This document shows positions 5,916 to 10,851 of a stretch of 10,851 bases of DNA, in pieces; position 1 is the stretch's first letter; every line of letters starts with the position of its first letter. The position numbers and the translations under genes are program-made. The notes under the pieces are model-generated. The model ran no database searches. It worked only from the letters and a program-made list of their open reading frames with translations, and had not been told where the DNA came from. The DNA is from Candidatus Jordarchaeales archaeon. Its GTDB lineage: Archaea; Asgardarchaeota; Jordiarchaeia; Jordiarchaeales; Freyrarchaeaceae. The DNA is taken from assembly GCA_038858525.1 (NCBI GenBank), contig JAWCFL010000053.1, forward strand, positions 1 through 10,851, in the 5' to 3' direction.

Positions 5916-7562
5916 CTACATGTTTTTCCTTCTTTTAAGTGAAGCTTCTATGAAGGCTTTATAGACCGGGCTAGGTTTGTCCGGCCTACTTTTGAACTCC
6001 GGGTGGAACTGCACACCGACGAGCCAACCTTCCTCGAGCTCTATAGCGTTTATTATTTTGCCTGTTGCATCGTAAGCTGAAACTCTTAGCCCGGCATTCT
6101 CGGCCTTTCTGGCGTAATCTGGCATTATGTGGTACCTGTGTCTAAAGCGTTCGACGACGACATCTTGCTTGTAAGCATCCCATAGCTTACTGCCCCTAAC
6201 TATGTGAACTTCATGCCCGCCTAGGCGCATTGTTCCACCCTTATCCTTAAAGTTTCTTTGTTCAGGTAGGAGGTCAACTACAGGGTAGGGAGTATCTGGA
6301 TCGACCTCTGAGCTGTTGGCAACCTTCATTCCTAGGACGACTCTACAGAACGCTATGAAAAGTATCTGGCCCCCGAAGCATATTCCAAGGTATGGCAACT
6401 TTCTCTCTATGGCGTATTCTGCCGCAAGGATCATTCCTTCAACTCCTCTGACCCCGAAACCAGGGGTCAAGAGAACGCCATCAAACGAGTCGAGGATCTC
6501 CAATTTTCCGGGGTCCTCTTCGAAAGTGGATGTGTCTATCCATTCTATGTGGGGCCTCACTCCAAAGGCGGCTGCAGCATGCCTTATTGCCTCGTTAATG
6601 CTTATGTAGCTGTCCACTATTTGCGTGTACTTTCCGGGCATGGCTATTCTAACGGTTCCCGTCGCGTTCTCGTAAAGCGAAACCAGCTTTCTCCATCCTT
6701 CTAAGTCAGGGGACCTTGAGGGGAGAGATAGGATGTTGCAGAGGTAGTCTCCCAACTTTTGTTCTTCGAAAAGCAGAGGAAGCTTGTACACGACTTCGAG
6801 GTCTGGGTTTGATATTACGGCTTCGGGCGGCACGTTGCAGTAGAGGCTGAGTTTCCTCTTAATGTCATCAGACAAAGGCTCCTCGGACCTGCACACTATG
6901 ACATCCGGCTGAAGACCCATCCCCTGAAGTGTTCTGACACTGTGCTGGGTAGGCTTCGACTTTTGCTGCTGGACGGTCTCGAGGAAGGGGACATATGTTA
7001 CGTGTACTAGGGCAGTGTTTCCCTTCCCCTCCTCCAGCCTGAACTGCCTTATGGCCTCTAGGTAAGGCATCGCTTCTATGTCACCAACTGTCCCCCCGAC
7101 TTCTATGAGAAGAATGTCGGGCTTCTTTTTCTCGGCCACTGTTCTTATTCGTCTCTTGATCTCGTCGGTTATGTGGGGGATTATCTGGATTGTCTTGCCG
7201 AGGAATTCCCCACGTCTCTCTTGAAGGATTACCGTCAAGTAGACTTGGCCTGAAGTTATGTTTTGTTCTGGTGAAATAACCTTGCCCAAGAAGCGCTCAT
7301 ATGTGCCGAAATCCTGGTCTATTTCGGATATGGTGAGCTTAAATCCCTCAACTGGCTTAAACTCCCAGACCTCCTCGGTTATGTAAACTTCTCCGTGCTC
7401 TACTGGGTTAAGAGTACCTGGATCAACGTTAAGGTAAGGATCGATCTTGATCACGTCGACGTCGTAGTTTCTAAACTGGAAAAGTTTGCCTATGGAAGCT
7501 GTCGTAACGCCTTTCCCTATGCCCGACATTACTCCCCCAGTGACCATAATGTACTTCGTCAT
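5916..7562 (-). CDS. pyrG: CTP synthase, 548 aa
   Basis: [52 protein letters not shown], the glutaminase nucleophile GICFG and QFHPEF. GGAGG lies upstream of the ATG. Confidence 0.97.
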   Translation of the reverse strand: MTKYIMVTGGVMSGIGKGVTTASIGKLFQFRNYDVDVIKIDPYLNVDPGTLNPVEHGEVYITEEVWEFKPVEGFKLTISEIDQDFGTYERFLGKVISPEQNITSGQVYLTVILQERRGEFLGKTIQIIPHITDEIKRRIRTVAEKKKPDILLIEVGGTVGDIEAMPYLEAIRQFRLEEGKGNTALVHVTYVPFLETVQQQKSKPTQHSVRTLQGMGLQPDVIVCRSEEPLSDDIKRKLSLYCNVPPEAVISNPDLEVVYKLPLLFEEQKLGDYLCNILSLPSRSPDLEGWRKLVSLYENATGTVRIAMPGKYTQIVDSYISINEAIRHAAAAFGVRPHIEWIDTSTFEEDPGKLEILDSFDGVLLTPGFGVRGVEGMILAAEYAIERKLPYLGICFGGQILFIAFCRVVLGMKVANSSEVDPDTPYPVVDLLPEQRNFKDKGGTMRLGGHEVHIVRGSKLWDAYKQDVVVERFRHRYHIMPDYARKAENAGLRVSAYDATGKIINAIELEEGWLVGVQFHPEFKSRPDKPSPVYKAFIEASLKRRKNM

Positions 7563-7617
7563 CCGAGTTGCCCTCCGATGGGAAGACTAAAACAATGGGA
7601 AACCCCTCCACCCAACC

Positions 7618-7623
7618 TTTAAA
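7618..7623 (-). promoter_or_regulatory. Putative BRE-TATA of pyrG
   Basis: The minus strand reads GACAAA-TTTAAAG, predicting a ~30-nt leader that contains GGAGG. Confidence 0.5.
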
Positions 7624-7771
7624 TTTGTCGCTACACCTTCTTAAACACTTTCATCTGCAGGAAATAGCGGAGCGAAATTGGAGCTCAGAATCCTTTTAAG
7701 TCAAAAGTAGGAAGATCTTAATGATGAAAAGAGGAACGGAAAAATAGGCCTCCTGCGGAGGAGAGGTTTCC

Positions 7772-7840
7772 GTTGCGAATGATGACTACGACGGTCTTCC
7801 GAGCTACGGCTGTGAGGAGCTAAAAATGAGGACTGACAAC
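7772..7840 (+). ncRNA. Candidate C/D-box 2'-O-methylation guide sRNA (sRNA-A)
   Basis: C box AUGAUGA 7779-7785, guide 7786-7798, D' CCGA 7799-7802, GC-UACG-GC hairpin, C' UGUGA 7811-7815, D box CUGA 7833-7836, and flanking GUUG/CAAC. The D' guide is complementary to the conserved LSU rRNA segment AGACCGUCGUG (sequence recalled from memory). Confidence 0.75.
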
Positions 7841-7854
7841 TTAAGAGGGAGAGC

Positions 7855-7923
7855 GGTGGGGGCGTCATTCAAATGCCTTCTCGTCACAGCATCAGACTCT
7901 CTTTTAAATCATCGCCACCCACC
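7855..7923 (-). ncRNA. Candidate C/D-box 2'-O-methylation guide sRNA (sRNA-B), double guide
   Basis: Terminal stem GGUGGG(U)GGCG/CGCCCCCACC, variant C box (AUGAUUU 7912-7906 or GCGAUGA 7915-7909), D' CUGA 7895-7892, C' UGUGA 7888-7884 and D AUGA 7868-7865. The guides pair with ACUCUCUU and CAAAUGCCUU, two neighbouring LSU rRNA segments (from memory). AAAAAA-TATTTAG at 7959-7947 predicts a start near 7923. Confidence 0.78.
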
Positions 7924-8093
7924 ATGAATAATTCGCGTGGTTACAGCTAAATATTTTTTGAGATTAACGTGAAACAACAAGACTCCTATTTTTTCTTTGA
8001 GAAGTTTAGGCTTGTTGGGAGGCGAACCATTTTTAAGGTTGCTGGTTGTTTTTGAGTTGGAATTATAACTAATAACTGTGAAGGGTGGTCTTG

Positions 8094-9113
8094 TTGGCGT
8101 GTTACATTGTTGTGGGAGGATTTTTTGGTGATGAGGGCAAGGGTAAAATTGTGTCTTACTTGGCCTTGAAGGACAGGGTTGCCGTGGCTGCTAGGGGTGG
8201 TTGTGGGACCAACGCGGGGCACACCGTCGAGTTTGGTGGTCGGAAGTTTAAGCTTAGACAGATTCCGAGCGGCTTCGTCTTTGAGGGGGCGCGCGTCCTT
8301 ATAGGGGCGGGAGTCCTTGTAGATCCGAGAATATTCTTTGAGGAGGTCAACGCTACTGGCGTTGAGAGGAGAGTTGGTGTGGATTATAACTGCGCGGTAA
8401 TAGAGCAAAGGCATATAGAGCAGGATAGGGGTTCCAGTTACCTTTCAGGAAAAATTGGGAGTACTGGCACTGGTTGTGGCCCATGTAATGCTGAGAGAGC
8501 TATGAGGACAGTTAAACTGGCTAGGGATGTTGAGGAATTGAAGCCTTATCTTGCGGATGTCTCCTTTGAGGTTAATGAAGCTATCGATAAGGGGGAAAAC
8601 GTCATAATAGAGGGGACTCAGGGAACTTTCCTGTCGCTTTATCATGGCACCTATCCCTACGTGACGAGTAAGGATACCACGGCTTCGCAGGCATGCGCCG
8701 ACGTTGGTGTTGGACCAACCAAGATAGACGAAGTTCTAGTCGTCTTCAAGGCTTACGTCACGAGAGTTGGTGGAGGACCGTTGCCGGGAGAGTTAAGCGA
8801 GGAGGAAGCAGCTAAGAGAGGATGGCTTGAGGTGGCGACGGTTACCGGAAGGAAGAGGAGGGCTGCACCATTCAACTTCGAGCTAGCTGAAAAAGCCGTG
8901 AGGCTGAACGGTGCCACACAGATAGCTATAACGAAGCTTGACGTGGTTTACCCTGAGTGCAGAGGGGCAACAAGCTTTAGCGAGCTTCCAAGAAGCGCCG
9001 TTGAGTTCATAGAGCAAGTGGAGAGCCGCCTTAAGAAGCCTGTGACGATAATAGGAACAGGAGCTGATGCGAAAGAGGTAATAGACAGGAGAAGGGAGCT
9101 TGGTCTAGTCTAG
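8094..9113 (+). CDS. purA: Adenylosuccinate synthetase, short archaeal type, ~339 aa
   Basis: GDEGKGK, NAGHT, IGSTGTGCGP, EGTQG...GTYPYVTS, TVTGRKRR and TKLDV. The start is probably TTG 8094 (GGGTGG upstream), with GTG 8085 and TTG 8091 as alternatives. Confidence 0.97.
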   Translation: MACYIVVGGFFGDEGKGKIVSYLALKDRVAVAARGGCGTNAGHTVEFGGRKFKLRQIPSGFVFEGARVLIGAGVLVDPRIFFEEVNATGVERRVGVDYNCAVIEQRHIEQDRGSSYLSGKIGSTGTGCGPCNAERAMRTVKLARDVEELKPYLADVSFEVNEAIDKGENVIIEGTQGTFLSLYHGTYPYVTSKDTTASQACADVGVGPTKIDEVLVVFKAYVTRVGGGPLPGELSEEEAAKRGWLEVATVTGRKRRAAPFNFELAEKAVRLNGATQIAITKLDVVYPECRGATSFSELPRSAVEFIEQVESRLKKPVTIIGTGADAKEVIDRRRELGLV

Positions 9114-9180
9114 AGTAGCATGAACGCTATTCAAGACCCTTTATAAGGGTGATGAAGGCCGCATTGAAGCGGAAGAGATT

Positions 9181-9924
9181 TTAAATTATTTGGTGTTGCA
9201 TGAATTCCCTGAGGGCTTTCACCAAGTTTTTCACGTCTTTTATTGTGGAGGCAGCGAGGAGGATGCGTTCGCTCTCCGCTATCTTGAGGGCGAGCGGGTC
9301 TAGTTTTTTTAGTCCGTGAAGGATTACCGCTGCTGGTTTGACGTTTGAGAGGGCGATCTGGCTTGTCTTTATGGCGACCATCGATGACCTCCCACTTGTG
9401 ACGTTGGCGAATATCGCCGCTCTCTGAGGCGTTGCGCCGTAAAGCAACACCAATTGTTCGGATGAGAGTTTCAGTATCGCGTTTACGACGTCTATCGCCG
9501 TGTATCCGTAGATTGGCTGCTCGAGCAGGTCTTCGTTAGCCAATATTTCGCATTTAAGATGATTGCACAGAGATTCAGCTTTGACGGGGTATGAAAACTC
9601 CTTTATGTCTAGTATGACGTCTGATGGTATGTCGTTGCCCATCATTCTCATAAGACCATTGACCACAGTTCCTCCTCTAGCTTCATCAAGCTCTACGAGG
9701 CACTTAACAAACTTCTGAACAGTGTCTATCCTAGGGGACAGACGCCTTCCACTCTCGTAATCGCTAATAACTGAGGGCGATACACCGAGAGCAATTGCAA
9801 TCTCTTTCTGCGAAACTTGGAAGCGTTCACGCCACATCCTCATAGATACACCCGGATCCTCTGAAAGAGTTATCTCGCCAGCAATCATCCGGCAAAGACT
9901 CTTTTTCAGGTCACTGTAATCCAA
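9181..9924 (-). CDS. Archaea-specific XRE-family HTH transcriptional regulator (COG1709-like)
   Basis: IAGEITLSEDPG...MRMWRERFQVSQKEIA...VSPSVISDYESGRR is an XRE HTH, followed by a DRTGG/HPr-kinase-N-like alpha/beta domain. TTG 9924 (GGTGA 5 nt upstream) or ATG 9939 is more plausible than 9999. Confidence 0.85.
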   Translation of the reverse strand: MDYSDLKKSLCRMIAGEITLSEDPGVSMRMWRERFQVSQKEIAIALGVSPSVISDYESGRRLSPRIDTVQKFVKCLVELDEARGGTVVNGLMRMMGNDIPSDVILDIKEFSYPVKAESLCNHLKCEILANEDLLEQPIYGYTAIDVVNAILKLSSEQLVLLYGATPQRAAIFANVTSGRSSMVAIKTSQIALSNVKPAAVILHGLKKLDPLALKIAESERILLAASTIKDVKNLVKALREFMQHQII

Positions 9925-10160
9925 TAAGGTCACCACCATCCAAGCATAAAGTGACTTAAAGGACAATTTACTGGAAGAAACGAAGCGAGTCTGAAGCATC
10001 AGGGAGATGTTAAGCCTTGAACATTTTGAATTAGATAAAAGTTAAAAACATTTTTATATTTAACCTTTCAAATTTTTTCATAGAAAAATTCTTTAGAAGC
10101 TGAAAGTTTCAATGTGAAGGCTGCTACGAGCTACTTTGCTCCCCAAATGGATGGGTTAAG

Positions 10161-10726
10161 TTGCCCTACGTCGCCCTCAAAGATTGTGTGGCGCTGTTCT
10201 TTGAGGTCTACAGGGACGGGTTTCCTCTAATGACGAGGGAGGGATGGTGGGTCCCCCGCTGAGCCTGGTTTAAGCAGCTTCGGGCATTTCCAACCAAATA
10301 CTCTTGCGTCGTTTTCGACAATAGGAATGTTGGCCTGAGCGACAAACCCGATGAGCCCTACAGCATCAACTTTTTCGTCGAGGATTAGGGAACTACTCGG
10401 ATTTCTCGAGGCCGAAAAACCCATATTCTAGGATTCTCCATGGGAGGCTTAGTCGCTCAAGAATTCGCTTTGAAGTATCCGGGAAGAGTGGCGGGCCTCG
10501 TCCTCGTCTCCACGCACCCAGGAGGAGAAAGAGCATTACAAATACCTGAGAACATTGCAAATGCTATTCTAAGTGATTGAGAGAATGAGTTAGGCGTTGA
10601 AGAAGCCTTAACGAAAAAGCTTTCCCTCATGTTCAACCCAGAGTAAATGGAGGAGCACCCTGAAGAGATAAGCAGATAAACTTCTGGATAACTGAGGAGG
10701 TTATTCCAAAGGTACGCTCTCACTAG
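10161..10726 (+). pseudogene. Alpha/beta-hydrolase (enol-lactonase/esterase-like), multiply inactivated and 3'-truncated
   Basis: One frame gives LPYVALKD...FEVY...FDNRNVGLSDKPDEPYS...HILGFSMGGLVAQEFALKYPGRVAGLVLVST (GxSxG elbow at 10431-10445). Stops occur at 10260, 10386, 10578, 10644 and 10677, with compensating frameshifts around 10386-10419. No catalytic Asp/His region is visible. The end coordinate is approximate. Confidence 0.88.
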
Positions 10727-10851
10727 GGTTCTGAGCTACGTAGTCTTTTATAGACATACATAGCTCTTCCCCCTCGATTAGCTCATTGGGGGCTCTTTGG
10801 GGGAACCCGGCTCCCCGCATCTGAAGGTTCAATACAGCTGTAGCGTCTCTA
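10701..10851 (-). mobile_element. tnpB: 3' end of an IS200/IS605-family tnpB (RuvC-III end) and presumed right end / omegaRNA region; runs off the window
   Basis: The minus frame from 10850 reads RDATAVLNLQMRGAGFPQRAPNELIEGEELCMSIKDYVAQNPSESVPLE* (TAA 10703-10701). RDxxAxxNL matches the TnpB RuvC-III motif, and the QMRGxGFP tail resembles archaeal TnpB C-termini. It includes a GGGGAGC-CGG-GTTCCCC hairpin. Confidence 0.7.

Noticed and set aside
7563-7600. pyrG leader as an attenuator or riboswitch
   Set aside because: The predicted leader is only ~30 nt, with one weak mismatched hairpin and no terminator stem.
5538-7622. ORFs 5538-5852, 6316-6609 and 7395-7622
   Set aside because: Antisense overlaps of glyA or pyrG with no independent support.
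7730-7737. AGAGGAAC resembling the sarcin-ricin loop
   Set aside because: It is in the same sense as rRNA, so it cannot act as a guide, and an 8-mer match is plausible by chance.
7841-7923. Plus-strand pseudoknot (7841-7851 with 7897-7907; 7855-7864 with 7913-7923)
   Set aside because: The first helix depends on several G-U pairs between purine-rich and pyrimidine-rich tracts. The second is explained by the terminal stem of the minus-strand sRNA.
7986-8645. Minus ORFs 7986-8414, 8156-8350 and 8445-8645
   Set aside because: Antisense shadows of purA.
9136-9172. GUGAUGA at 9149-9155 as a third C/D sRNA, with hairpins ACCCTT-TAT-AAGGGT and CCGC-ATTGAA-GCGG
   Set aside because: No properly spaced D', C' or D boxes and no recognisable guide. 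The short hairpins may relate to termination between convergent genes but cannot be supported.
10227-10723. Minus ORFs 10227-10424 and 10457-10723
   Set aside because: Antisense to the hydrolase pseudogene, which explains the sequence better.
1-10851. CRISPR array, tRNA, rRNA, RNase P or SRP RNA
   Set aside because: No regularly spaced repeats, cloverleaf with a T-loop motif, or conserved signature sequences were seen by eye in the intergenic regions.

Overview
Archaeal chromosomal window, most likely Asgard or a TACK lineage with a eukaryote-like ubiquitin system (inference from gene content, GGTGA/GGAGG ribosome-binding sites and TATA-like promoters). From left to right: (1) a ubiquitin (5'-truncated, ending in GG-stop) / E2 / E1 operon; (2) a convergent 48-aa CPxCG zinc-finger microprotein missed by the ORF track; (3) an MNT-HEPN pair with an intact wHTH-MNT and a doubly frameshifted HEPN; (4) an unknown ~10-TM membrane protein; (5) housekeeping genes glyA, pyrG and purA; (6) two convergent candidate C/D-box guide sRNAs in the pyrG-purA spacer, with guides complementary to conserved large-subunit rRNA sites near the peptidyl-transferase centre and helices 69-71; (7) an archaea-specific XRE-HTH regulator; (8) a decayed alpha/beta-hydrolase pseudogene that ends where the 3' end of an IS200/IS605-type tnpB enters from the right edge. 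No tRNA, rRNA or CRISPR array was seen. All family calls come from motif recognition by eye, not database searches.
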